DNA of 32,000 bases from Parasynechococcus marenigrum WH 8102 (GCF_000195975.1 NC_005070.1:360001-392000), one strand, 5' to 3'. Shown: positions 1-8,688, numbered from the stretch's first letter. Numbers and translations: made by a program. Notes: generated by a model from the letters alone, not told the origin.

Positions 1-171
1 ATCCTTTATGTGAATCATCCGATCCCTCGATCCGATGGAGTCGTCGATGACGATTTCCTTGGCCTTCGACTTGATTCGTTTGATGTCAGCGGCCGGGCCG
101 AAGCCGACAGCGGCAGGACCGGTGCCGTTCTTCAGCTCTGCGCTGAGGTTTGGATGCTGTTGTTCTGCCAT
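1..171 (-). CDS. hypothetical protein, N-terminal fragment (gene runs off the left edge)
   Basis: Hand-read. The ATG at 171-169 shares one base with the TGA of the upstream ORF (TGATG). The frame stays open to base 1 (MAEQQHPNLSAELKNGTGPAAVGF...). It is the last visible member of a head-to-tail minus-strand gene string. Confidence 0.4.
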   Translation of the reverse strand, partial: MAEQQHPNLSAELKNGTGPAAVGFGPAADIKRIKSKAKEIVIDDSIGSRDRMIHIKD

Positions 172-1004
172 CACTCCACCTCCCCGAGGTAGTGCCACCG
201 GAAGTGGTCGGCCATGCGTTTCTGTTTCTTGAGTGCGGCCGCAGCCGTCTCAAGCACGGTGATCTGGTGATCCCAGCCCTGCCGGGTGTCGGCCTTCACC
301 TTGGTGAGGCAGTCATCCACCAGTTCAGTGCTGACGTTGATCAGTGCCAGCAGGTGCTGCAGCTCTGGCGGTGGAGTGTTGTGCAGCTGGAAGTCGGTGA
401 TGGCGAGCGCTGTGTCGGCGTCCGCGATGAGCACCTCGATCCATGCCATGTAGCCGGAGTCCTTCGGGGCAGGTTTGGCGACCTGCCGGGCCCGGGTTCT
501 GTTGAGCGCGGTGTGAGCGCGGAAGACATAGCTGTTGCCTGAATGCCCGCCATCGGTGGCAACCAGTGCGGCATGCTCACCATTGATATCGATGACATCA
601 CCGATGCGGATGTTGCTGGGTGGGTGGTTGGTGTCACCCACGAAGCAATTCCAGACGCCATCACCCCATCGGCAGTGACCGTTGCGGACTCGACCACACA
701 CCGGGCAAGGGGAGCGCCTGCTGGATGACTGCGCTATCCGGCCATGCCGCTGCTCTGCCTGTATCGCAGGTACGCGGCCGGATCGGCGTCTCACGCCACC
801 ACGACGACTGCGTTGTCGCCGGGCTTCCTGAGACTGTCGCGGATCAGTCTCGTTGTGGACTGAGTTGTTATTGAGAATTGGACACGAGTCTGTGTCCAAG
901 ACAGGCTGTGACTGAGGAGACTGTTGCTCCCAGGCGGCCGGGCCTAAATTTGAATAGTTGAAATCCAGATCCAGGCCCGCCGCGGCAACGGCGGGCTTTT
1001 TCAT
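171..1004 (-). CDS. zinc-ribbon protein of primase-helicase type (replication-module candidate)
   Basis: 277-aa ORF. The motif CPVCGRVRNGHCRWGDGVWNCF resembles the Zn-ribbon at the N-terminus of P4/T7-type primase-helicases. The N-terminal third is Arg/Ser/Gln-rich and low in complexity. I recognised no catalytic primase motif by eye. Confidence 0.65.
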   Translation of the reverse strand: MKKPAVAAAGLDLDFNYSNLGPAAWEQQSPQSQPVLDTDSCPILNNNSVHNETDPRQSQEARRQRSRRGGVRRRSGRVPAIQAEQRHGRIAQSSSRRSPCPVCGRVRNGHCRWGDGVWNCFVGDTNHPPSNIRIGDVIDINGEHAALVATDGGHSGNSYVFRAHTALNRTRARQVAKPAPKDSGYMAWIEVLIADADTALAITDFQLHNTPPPELQHLLALINVSTELVDDCLTKVKADTRQGWDHQITVLETAAAALKKQKRMADHFRWHYLGEVE

Positions 1005-1007
1005 GGA

Positions 1008-1316
1008 TCAGTCGGCCTCCACCTTGGAGAGCTGTTGGTGCAGCTCTCGCGACATTGCTCTCTGCAGAGGTGTTTCCCTTCCAAGAGCAATTGTTAGCTG
1101 TTCGTGGAACGCCTCTCCTCGCATCGTTTCGTCGACACTTTGATCCCAAAGCAGGTCCGCAAGCATCTCGAAAGTTTTCTGCCACCAGCTGAGATCAGGC
1201 TTGTTGGCGTAATGCTTCTTCAGAGCATCGAGGACTCCATGCTTTTCAAGAGTGTGGCCATCTAATTCGATGGAAGACTCTCCACAATGGATCACGAGTT
1301 TGATGTTTTTATCCAT
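1008..1316 (-). CDS. hypothetical protein
   Basis: 102-aa reading from the internal ATG at 1316 (MDKNIKLVIHCGE...). This ATG overlaps the stop of the upstream ORF (TGATG). The 133-aa track start at 1409 would overlap that gene by about 94 nt. The stop lies 4 nt before the next ATG. Confidence 0.55.
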   Translation of the reverse strand: MDKNIKLVIHCGESSIELDGHTLEKHGVLDALKKHYANKPDLSWWQKTFEMLADLLWDQSVDETMRGEAFHEQLTIALGRETPLQRAMSRELHQQLSKVEAD

Positions 1317-1528
1317 CACTTCGCCTCCACTGCTTCGAAGGTTTCCACGGTGCTGGGAGCTGGACGCTTCCAGTTGGTAAAAGCCCGCTCGACGGCCTCC
1401 TCGTTCCACTGCAGGGGGCTACGGGCTGACGCGCCTTTGCGTCGCCAGTCCTGCCCCTCGCGGAACATTGTGGTGTTGTTCTTGAGGGCGAGAGGTGTTT
1501 TGTCGCTGATGCCGAGGATCTTTTTCAT
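1316..1528 (-). CDS. hypothetical small protein (possible HTH/excisionase-like DNA binder)
   Basis: 70-aa ORF (MKKILGISDKTPL...FREGQDWRR...). Its size, its place next to an integrase and the EGxDW segment recall small phage HTH/Xis proteins. The functional call is weak. Confidence 0.5.
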   Translation of the reverse strand: MKKILGISDKTPLALKNNTTMFREGQDWRRKGASARSPLQWNEEAVERAFTNWKRPAPSTVETFEAVEAK

Positions 1529-1566
1529 CCTCGCGGTGTCGATCCAATTAATTGGATGGGTAAATG

Positions 1567-1779
1567 TTATCCCCGCATCATTTCCACAGCTTCTCTAACC
1601 CAAGGCTGACACCTATAAAGCCAGTTCTCTTCTGGATTCTCGGCGTGAGCTTTGGCAATGATTGAAGCAACAAACTCGACGCCGTCAATCTCTAACTGAG
1701 GAGTGCCAGCGGGGAACTTTAGGGTCCGACCGTTGATTCTCTTGGATTTGAGTTGGGCGTATTTGTCGTGCTTAGCCAT
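1567..1779 (-). CDS. hypothetical small protein
   Basis: 70-aa ORF with balanced composition. It is the first gene of the minus-strand string downstream of the integrase. Confidence 0.5.
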   Translation of the reverse strand: MAKHDKYAQLKSKRINGRTLKFPAGTPQLEIDGVEFVASIIAKAHAENPEENWLYRCQPWVREAVEMMRG

Positions 1780-1868
1780 GGCTTAATCGGGGGTGATCTT
1801 GAGGCTTGTCCTAGATCAACTCCCCTCAGCCCACCGAATAATCGATAGTCAGGTTCTCAGAAAGGGAA

Positions 1869-1892
1869 CCCGCCGGATATACGATCGGCGGG
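1869..1892 (-). terminator. candidate intrinsic terminator after the integrase gene
   Basis: 7-bp GC stem CCCGCCG/CGGCGGG with a 10-nt loop, 66 nt downstream of the integrase stop. On the minus strand it is followed by TTCCCTTTCT. Confidence 0.35.
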
Positions 1893-1957
1893 GCAACTTT
1901 CGAGTGATATTTCATCTCTAGCAGTATGTTGCCTGTTCGTCTACCCCCAAATTCCTT

Positions 1958-3223
1958 TCAATTCCGTCCCGCGGCCCGCTCGAACGCATCCAACATCGTT
2001 TCGGTGCTGGTGTTGATGTAACTCTCGCGGTGAACCTTCACGCTGTGGCCGCTGGCCAGGGCCGCGTCTGCATCAGCGATCCCGAAGCGTGCGCAGCGGT
2101 GGGTGAATGAATCTCTGAAGGCATAAGGCTTGAGCTGAAGTCCTTGCTTCGCCTTCTCGGCGACCAAGGATTTCCATTCCGGTTGTCGGCGCAGAAACTT
2201 CCCGAGTGCTGCACCATCGACCCGCTCGACCGGGGGCCAGGGCAGATCGTTCAGGCCCCGCCAGCCGTCCCACCAGACCCTCTCGCCACCGTGATCAATG
2301 AATGGCAGGGGGACGAGCCAACGCTGCGGGGTAAGACGTTTTCCGGCCTTCTTCTGATAACTGCAGTGCAGTTGCTCCTGGCCGCGGCTGTTGACCCGGA
2401 CCTCAAGGTGCCGGTTTCGATCGGCTTCGCAGGGCCTCAACCCGAACGTCGCGCAGAGGCGGAGGACTGACGCCCACCCTGGGCTGCGCTGTTCGATGGT
2501 CTGGATCAGTTCCAGGATCTCGATGTCAGTGAGGTCGCTTTTTCCTTTCAATGCCGCGGCAGCACTGTCTGAGCCGCGCAGGTCCTCGTAGAGAGCTTCA
2601 GGGATCAGCCACAACCCCGGCCGGTAGTCCATCGACACCGCGTAGGTGAGCATGTTTTTGATCGCCAGGCAGCACTCCAACCGGCTGGCGTCTTGCTCGC
2701 CCCAGGTCTTCAACGGCGTCCCAAACATCTTTCCAGGTTTCTTGTTGACCCTGGGGGCCGACAGCACTGCATCCAACAGTTGAGCGCCGGTGCGGGGGGG
2801 TGTGTTGCTGCGGAGCAGTTTCAGCATCACCTCGAAGTACCGGCCGTAAGACGCTTCGAAGGTGGTGTCCTTGATTTTGTTTTTCCGGGTCTGAAGGTGG
2901 TTCCGATATTTCTCGCAGATCTGATCCCAGGTCCAGTCCTTCTTCTCCACGTGGGTGGTGGCCTTCCCCAGAACCGCATCACGAGCGGTCTTCAGGCTGT
3001 GGTCTCCGGTGTGGATCAGTTTGTAGATCCGACCGATCCACTGCATCGCCTCGGCCACGTTGCGGGCCTCCCATGCGAGAGGGAGCACGGCCTGCTCACC
3101 GACGCATCGTTCACCACTTCGAACACGGAGCCTGATCTTGCTGGTGGCTGTGTGCCGCACAACGCTCCAGCCGGGGTACGCCGACTTCACCGCGCTCTGG
3201 AATCCAGGTCCGAAGTCAGCCAA
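1958..3223 (-). CDS. int: tyrosine recombinase / phage-type integrase
   Basis: 421-aa ORF. The catalytic signature is readable: FGLRPCEA (Arg), YAFRDSFTHR (H-x-x-R) and GHSVKVHRESY (His and Tyr nucleophile). The track start is TTG at 3223. The frame is open upstream to about 3307 without an ATG, so the start is uncertain. Confidence 0.9.
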   Translation of the reverse strand: MADFGPGFQSAVKSAYPGWSVVRHTATSKIRLRVRSGERCVGEQAVLPLAWEARNVAEAMQWIGRIYKLIHTGDHSLKTARDAVLGKATTHVEKKDWTWDQICEKYRNHLQTRKNKIKDTTFEASYGRYFEVMLKLLRSNTPPRTGAQLLDAVLSAPRVNKKPGKMFGTPLKTWGEQDASRLECCLAIKNMLTYAVSMDYRPGLWLIPEALYEDLRGSDSAAAALKGKSDLTDIEILELIQTIEQRSPGWASVLRLCATFGLRPCEADRNRHLEVRVNSRGQEQLHCSYQKKAGKRLTPQRWLVPLPFIDHGGERVWWDGWRGLNDLPWPPVERVDGAALGKFLRRQPEWKSLVAEKAKQGLQLKPYAFRDSFTHRCARFGIADADAALASGHSVKVHRESYINTSTETMLDAFERAAGRN

Positions 3224-3224
3224 A

Positions 3225-3263
3225 TGACCCGTTTTGTGACCCCAATTGTGACCCAGGATGACC
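3225..3263. repeat. phased TGACC(C) direct repeats (candidate recombinase or regulator binding array)
   Basis: TGACC(C) occurs at 3225, 3237, 3249 and 3259 (spacing 12/12/10 bp). Two units extend to TTGTGACCC (3234-3242, 3246-3254). The array sits at the 5' edge of int, in the 150-bp divergent region. Confidence 0.6.
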
Positions 3264-3371
3264 TTGGCTTCAACCCGCCTTCCGTGGGATTCCCCCGAAT
3301 AGCTTTGCTATATCTGGGTTAATTCTGAGACTGCAGTCTGCGACTGGAAAGCGGACAGTCGTATCACCCAA

Positions 3372-4458
3372 ATGACTGCTGGGGGGTGGAAGTCCCCCTT
3401 AAACCATTCCAGCAAAAGCGATCTGGCTCTTACGCTAGATCCTCAAAAAACGCTTTCCGACAAATCGTCCGACAAATTGCCGCCTGTGTTGGTTGGCATG
3501 GACAAGGCAGAGGCGTTGGCGTATGTCAGCCGTCTCTTCGACGCTGCCCAAGCTGGAGCTGTCCTTTGGAGCGACAGCCTCCTGCTAAAAAGGTTTCTCG
3601 CCCAATGCAGCCGTACTGGCAGTCAGGAAACCCAAGACGGTTATCGCCGTGAAATTCGTCATTACGTCAGGTGGCGAGACCGTGTTCACCCCCACCTGCA
3701 TTTGCGTGAAATTGATTCGACGCTTGTCGAAGATTGGATCGCCGAACTGCGTCAGCAAGTCGAGCTTGGTGATCTGAAGCCGCGCTCTTTCAACAGGCGT
3801 ATCTCAGCTATCAGCAGCCTGTATCGATGGGCGTCGGAAGCTACCCGATCAGCTGTGTCAGGAGTGCCGCGGAACCCAGTCCCCCGAAGAACAGGGCTGT
3901 CGGCAGCAAAGTTGGCCAAACCACTGTCTGAGGCTGATCTGACATCTGTCTTTGGTGCAATAAGTGCAGTGAAGGTAAAGGGGTCAACCATTGCTGCGCG
4001 TGACTTGGTGTTGGTGCGCGGTTCGTATCTGATCGGTTGCCGTGTGTCAGAGCTGATCGCCTTGAAGTGGCAAGACATTGAGCGTCTTGAAACCGGCGGC
4101 CAGATTCATCTATTGGGCAAGGGCAGCAAGCCACGCACTGTGCGAGTCAGCGAGGAAACCATTCAGCTCTTTGAGTCGATTGGCAGGGGGGAGCCAGATC
4201 AATGGTTGTTTCCTTCTTCGAGAAGAAAAGGACCTTTGACGAGACAGGCCGTCGCTGATCGGATGAAGCGATGGGGGTGTTGAGGTCGACGTCCATTTGC
4301 ATCCACATTGCACGCGTCACAGTCATGCCACGCATGCACTTCGCCGTGGTTGCAACCTCTACACGCTTTCTCAGACGCTTGGTCATGCCAGCAGTGACAC
4401 CACAGGTCACTATCTGCAGGCTAATCCTGATGATTCGTCTTCATTGACGCTAGGTTGA
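3372..4458 (+). pseudogene. XerC/D-like tyrosine recombinase, frameshifted
   Basis: The 303-aa ORF covers the SAM-like N-domain and the first Arg box (IGCRVSELIALKW) and stops at 4283. The +1 frame from 4282 continues with EVDVHLHPHCTRHSHATHAL...LGHASSDTTGHY, which is the HxxRH and LGH...Y boxes, up to the stop at 4456-4458. Confidence 0.8.
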
Positions 4459-4491
4459 CTTAACCCTAATTACGTCAACTTTGGACAACAC

Positions 4492-4529
4492 AAGAAAGGG
4501 GGCGGTCGAAACAACCAGCCCCCTTTCTT
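4492..4529. terminator. perfect palindromic hairpin (bidirectional terminator-like)
   Basis: GAAAGGGGGC (4494-4503) pairs with GCCCCCTTTC (4518-4527). The stem is extendable to 12 bp, the loop is 14 nt, and TTT follows on the plus strand. It lies 35 nt after the recombinase pseudogene end, at the start of an AT-rich spacer. Confidence 0.55.
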
Positions 4530-4704
4530 TGTGGAAGTGCCGAGGCACCCGTCGCTCCAATACTATAGCCGCAAGAGCTTTCAGTGTCGAATTTAAGAAC
4601 TATAATAAATGCAACTCTAAACACGTCTTTTAGGTGCCTAAACGTCAGCTTCCTATTCAGGCTGATCTGATCATCAATCGTCTTCGCATGGAAGCCATTC
4701 ATTA

Positions 4705-5135
4705 TTGTACGTCAGCGTAAAGTCTTTAATGAGTATTCTAGTCCGTTGGAGAGACATCGAGGCTCTCGATGACGGAGGCAGATTCACCTCTTCGGCGAGG
4801 GATCAAAGCGACGGACTGTTCGCTTATTGCCAGCAACGCTTGGCCTCTTTCAAGGACTTGGCCGCGGCTCTGATGAAGAGTTCGTCTTCCCAAGTCCCAG
4901 GCGGGCTGGGCATCTCACGCGCCAAGCAATCGGAGATGTTTGCCACAAGTGGGGAAGAAGAGCTGGCTTCCATGTCCATCCACACCAGCTGAGGCACAGC
5001 CATGCCACACATGCGGTTCAGCGGGGAATCGATGTATTCACGCTCCAAGCAACGCTTGGACATTCAACGAGCGCGACAACTGGTCACTATGTCGCTAGCA
5101 ACCCTCGGGACAGTTCTTCACTTCGGCTTGGATAG
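4705..5135 (+). pseudogene. 3' remnant of a second, diverged XerC/D-like recombinase
   Basis: Track ORFs 4705..4992 and 4827..5135 are one decayed gene. ILVRWRDIEALDDGG is followed, after a 1-nt frame slip near 4779-4781, by IHLFGEGSKRRTVRL...HVHPHQLRHSHATHAV...LGHSTSATTGHY. The N-terminal half is missing. I estimate roughly 60-65 percent nucleotide identity to 3372..4458 by eye. Confidence 0.75.
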
Positions 5136-5283
5136 TGCTGCGTCTGGATAATTGCAAAGAGCAAAATCTGGTGATGCCCCATAGACCCAATGATTTGAGT
5201 ATTTATACGTTAAAAAACTGTAGCCGTCAGGACATCTACGGGAGCTTCTTAGGGTTTGAATCGAGAAGAGATTCGTCGAAATC

Positions 5284-5553
5284 ATGCGCCCACTTGCCTA
5301 TCAGCGTGCATTAGATCTTTTTATGGAATCTATGATTAAACCGGATTATGAGCTGCGTGCAAATGCAGGATACCAGGATTGCTATGGGGAATTAATGGAG
5401 ATACGGCAAAGCTGCATTACTTACCTGAGAACATTGAAAGAAATAAATGATATAGAATCTGGGGATGAAAGCGATGCAATCGAGGTCGGCAAGACCCTGT
5501 CTGCAAAGCTTTCATCGCAAAGAATAGCTTTTACTCATGGAGAGTTAATCTGA
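5284..5553 (+). CDS. hypothetical protein
   Basis: 89-aa ORF in an AT-rich block. No family recognised. Confidence 0.4.
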   Translation: MRPLAYQRALDLFMESMIKPDYELRANAGYQDCYGELMEIRQSCITYLRTLKEINDIESGDESDAIEVGKTLSAKLSSQRIAFTHGELI

Positions 5554-6084
5554 TAGTTTCCCTGCTGAACTAGCAAGTTCATGTCTGCTGAGGACACATT
5601 ATCTGGCCTCAGGTCATGCTACTTTTGAGAGTTTTACCGAAAAGAAATTCCTTCTAATAATCTCTAAATAGTTGTTGGATTCTAGCAGCTGTGCAAACTT
5701 TGCTGATGAAGGTCTGAGGATCAGGCCAGCTTGTAAATGAAATAGTCAGAGTCTTGTAATTCAACCCAGGGGCAGTTGTACATAATCTCTTACTTGTTGG
5801 CGAGACAGAGGACGCTGTTCCAGGTCATTGTTGGTGCACGTGATAGCTTTAAGGCACCTCTCCAAACCAGGATTTTGGCGAGTCATCAGTCCTTTGAAAA
5901 AAGCAGACTATTCAAAATGAGCGAGGAAGAGCCAATTGAGTGATACCGCTGCAGAAAAATAGGCTTTCTCTTCATTTGAGAGTCCAAAATTATCTTCTGT
6001 ACTTAGTTTCTTTGAGAAGGCCTGGGTGAACAAGTTGCCGTAAGCCACCGCTCAATACTTCTACTGGGATTTTTCACTAGATTT

Positions 6085-6789
6085 TTATAGATTGGGTGGA
6101 TCAGCACTAAATTTCAGGATCCAGGCCTGTTTTCCACTCTGCTTGATCAATTGCCGCATGAGTGCGTGTATAAAAAGGATTAGACCCATGATCTCAAGCG
6201 ATTCTTCTATGCCCGTGATAGCGCCATACCAGAAACTGTGAAGACGGATGACGCCCGAGCGAACGGCAAAGCTGCCCACCATTTCCATTCCGATTGCCCC
6301 CGTGATGTAAACGCCTCCTGCACAAAGGAAACTGTTGGATGTCTTGGCCGAAAGAGTGGTCAGAAAATGGCGGAAGCGCCAAAGCAGTCCTAGAGCTACG
6401 AGGCCATAGGGGATTACCCAGGTGGAGGCAAGAGCAGGATGAATATGGTGTCGCAGGTCCGGAAGGATAAGGATCTCGTGGATCTGTAGGGCTTCATCAA
6501 CCGCGAGAAACATAAAGATTCGACTGAGAAGAGTCCAGTCATCTGCTGACTCCTGCAGTGAGGCCTTGCTCAACTGCATCAGGAGCCTCGCAGCTGTTAG
6601 CAGCAGCATCGTGCTGAAAAGTGTGGGCAGATTCAGCTCGCGATCCATGTTCAACACATCGAGCCAGTGTTTGTCGGCACCGAAGGCATATATGCCAACT
6701 TGGGTGGTGATGTGAGCGAAGAGCATGACTGCTGTCATCAGGCTCAGCCACTGGCGGACAGTGTTCGGCGTCAAAAGCAAAGGCGTCAA
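6085..6789 (-). CDS. multi-pass membrane protein (about 6 TM), unknown family
   Basis: 234-aa ORF with six hydrophobic segments. Acidic motifs lie in TM3 (FLAVDEALQIHE) and TM6 (GIEESLEIMG). The track start is TTG at 6789, with an alternative ATG at 6738. Confidence 0.7.
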   Translation of the reverse strand: MTPLLLTPNTVRQWLSLMTAVMLFAHITTQVGIYAFGADKHWLDVLNMDRELNLPTLFSTMLLLTAARLLMQLSKASLQESADDWTLLSRIFMFLAVDEALQIHEILILPDLRHHIHPALASTWVIPYGLVALGLLWRFRHFLTTLSAKTSNSFLCAGGVYITGAIGMEMVGSFAVRSGVIRLHSFWYGAITGIEESLEIMGLILFIHALMRQLIKQSGKQAWILKFSADPPNL

Positions 6790-6821
6790 CCGGAGAGGCC
6801 TTACCCTCCCTTCATGGTCTG

Positions 6822-7118
6822 TTAACTAAGCCTTAACCTTAGCAGCCCTTTGGCCGATGACTTCAATAGATCTGACTCGGAAACATTTGTTTCAATGCTG
6901 CTGGGCTGGGCTTCGTACTCGTCTGGGTGATCATCAAGGTGGTCATTTTTCATCCACACCCGCTTAGGCAGAGCTGTATGGCTTGTCTGAAAACATTGAA
7001 GGTAATGAATGAAGTATAAGCTTGGGATATTAGTGAAGCCGTGGAGGCGGGCAAGATTACGGACGGTAAGGTCAAGTCTTGCGAAATAGTATTTACATGT
7101 AGCGATTATATGTAGCAT
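6822..7118 (-). CDS. hypothetical protein
   Basis: 98-aa ORF 33 nt upstream of the membrane protein, on the same strand, in AT-rich sequence. No family recognised. Confidence 0.3.
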   Translation of the reverse strand: MLHIIATCKYYFARLDLTVRNLARLHGFTNIPSLYFIHYLQCFQTSHTALPKRVWMKNDHLDDHPDEYEAQPSSIETNVSESDLLKSSAKGLLRLRLS

Positions 7119-7268
7119 CTGCCACTTATTTGTCTGTAAATTTGAGTATAATTTATTTAGGCTTAGTAATGTTCACTTTTTTGTGGACGGAGTTATTGGG
7201 CTTAGGCGAGGCGGTTGCTTGAGGAGCTAACGCCTCGTCGCCAAATTTATACTTTTCAATTTATTTTT

Positions 7269-7305
7269 GGCATTAAAATGCCTAGCGGCATTTAATGCCG
7301 CTAGG
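7269..7305 (-). terminator. twin hairpins downstream of urtA
   Basis: An 11-bp stem CCTAGCGGCAT/ATGCCGCTAGG (7281-7305, 3-nt loop) overlaps a 5-bp stem GGCAT/ATGCC (7269-7282). On the minus strand the large stem is followed by CATTTTAAT. It lies 31 nt after the urtA stop. Confidence 0.55.
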
Positions 7306-7335
7306 CCTGAACGCAAATATTCCGAATATCAGGGT

Positions 7336-8616
7336 CTACATTTCATATTTCTCGCCCTTGGCGGCGTCGGTCCAGTCGCAAGCGAAGCCCTTGGAGCTGG
7401 GCTCGAACTGGTTCCAGGCCTGAGGAGCCACAGGACCATCGGTGGATTCGAGGATCTCGAACTGACCGTCAGCAGTGATCTGACCAATGCGCACGGTCTG
7501 TGAGAGGTGGTGGTTGGGCATCACCTTCACAGGTCCCTGAGGCGCGTCGAACTCGATGCCGACCAGGACTTCACGCACCTTGTCGTCGTCGAAGCTGTTG
7601 GCCTTCTCGACAGCCTTCTTCCACAGGTAGACCATGTTGTAGGCCGACTCCTGGGGGTCAGCGACCTGGCGGTCGGCGCCGTACTTGGCCTTGAAGTCTG
7701 CGGCGAACTTCTTGGATGCCGGGGTGTCGATCGACATCATGTAGTTCCAAGCGCCGTAGTGGCCCTCAAGGAACTCAGAACCGATGGTGCTGATCTCCTC
7801 TTCCGCGATGGAATAGCTCATCACGTAGAAGCCCTTCTTAGGGGTGATACCGGCGTCCTGGATCTGCTTGAAGAAGGCGACGTTCTGGTCACCGTTCAGG
7901 GTGTTGATGATCACGCCTCCCTTAGGGAGAGCTCTCTTGATTTTGGAAATGATCGGAGCAACCTCGGTGTTGCCCAGGGGCAGGTAGTCCTCACCGGCCA
8001 CTTCGCCACCCAGGGACTTGAGCTGTTCCTTGGTGATGGTGTTGGAGGTGCGGGGGAAAACGTAGTCCGAACCCACCAGGAAGAAGGGCTTGCCAGCGGC
8101 AGGCGACTTCTCATACATGAACTTGGTGGCAGGCTCCGACTGCTGGTTCGGCGTGGCACCGGTGTAAAAGATGTTGTTGGAACACTCCTGACCCTCGTAC
8201 TGAATCGGGTAATAGAGGAAAGCGTTCTTTGACTCGTAGACAGGCAGCATCGCCTTGCGGCTGGCGGAGGTCCAGCCACCGAAGACAACGGGCACCTGGT
8301 CCTGGTCGATCAGCTTCTTGGACTTCTCAGCGAAGGTGGGCCAATCGGAAGCACCGTCCTCGACGATGTATTCGATCTTGTATTTCTTGCCGTCCACTTC
8401 GACACCACCAGCGGCGTTGATCTCATCGATCGCCATTTTCTCGGTGTCCACCAGGGTGGACTCGGAGATGGCCATGGTGCCGGACAGCGAGTGCAGGATG
8501 CCGACGGTGACTGTTGCATCAAATGCATAGGCGCCTCCTGATGAGGAGACTGCGATCAAGGCAAGGGTTCCAGAGCATATTGCACCCTTTGAAAAGCGTG
8601 AAAAAACGTGCATCAA
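7336..8616 (-). CDS. urtA: urea ABC transporter substrate-binding protein UrtA
   Basis: 426-aa ORF with a signal-like N-terminus. Blocks typical of cyanobacterial UrtA are present: GILHSLSGTMAISE, VFGGWTSASRKAMLPV, YYPIQYEGQE, FLVGSDYVFPRT, YSIAEEE. GC-rich codon usage creates long shadow ORFs on both strands. Confidence 0.93.
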   Translation of the reverse strand: MMHVFSRFSKGAICSGTLALIAVSSSGGAYAFDATVTVGILHSLSGTMAISESTLVDTEKMAIDEINAAGGVEVDGKKYKIEYIVEDGASDWPTFAEKSKKLIDQDQVPVVFGGWTSASRKAMLPVYESKNAFLYYPIQYEGQECSNNIFYTGATPNQQSEPATKFMYEKSPAAGKPFFLVGSDYVFPRTSNTITKEQLKSLGGEVAGEDYLPLGNTEVAPIISKIKRALPKGGVIINTLNGDQNVAFFKQIQDAGITPKKGFYVMSYSIAEEEISTIGSEFLEGHYGAWNYMMSIDTPASKKFAADFKAKYGADRQVADPQESAYNMVYLWKKAVEKANSFDDDKVREVLVGIEFDAPQGPVKVMPNHHLSQTVRIGQITADGQFEILESTDGPVAPQAWNQFEPSSKGFACDWTDAAKGEKYEM

Positions 8617-8674
8617 GTTAATTGCCTTAAAGAGTTGGCACTTAATTGCTAATTCTTTCGCTCACACCTTCCAA

Positions 8675-8688
8675 GTAACGACTGTGAC
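8675..8688 (-). promoter_or_regulatory. candidate NtcA-type site upstream of urtA
   Basis: GTAACGACTGTGAC equals GTA-N8-GAC, one mismatch from GTA-N8-TAC. Its near edge lies 59 nt upstream of the urtA start. I could not pick a convincing -10 element. Confidence 0.25.

Larger units (their letters stand above)
1..5135. mobile_element. core of an integrative element (replication-type module plus recombinases); outer limits not defined
   Basis: The region combines a coupled gene string with a primase-type Zn-ribbon, an intact integrase and two decayed paralogous recombinases. No att repeats or tRNA target were found in the window. Confidence 0.5.

Noticed and set aside
2073-3322. ORFs overlapping the integrase (2144..2470 +, 2693..3322 + 209 aa, 2073..2273 -).
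   Set aside because: These are shadow frames of the recombinase gene with no motifs of their own.
4475-4702. 75-aa minus ORF in the AT-rich spacer between the recombinase remnants.
   Set aside because: It spans the perfect palindromic hairpin, has no motifs, and is probably non-coding junction DNA.
5560-6085. Fragments of open frames on the minus strand (e.g. ...EDNFGLSNEEKAYFSAAVSLNWLFLAHFE).
   Set aside because: They are interrupted by multiple stops in all frames. This may be a decayed gene, but nothing is identifiable.
7500-8530. Long ORFs on both strands overlapping urtA (e.g. 7507..8232 + 241 aa, 7911..8288 - 125 aa, 8255..8530 +).
   Set aside because: They lie inside a gene with an unambiguous UrtA match. 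Their products are Arg/Pro/Gly/Leu-rich, as expected for shadow frames of GC-rich coding sequence.
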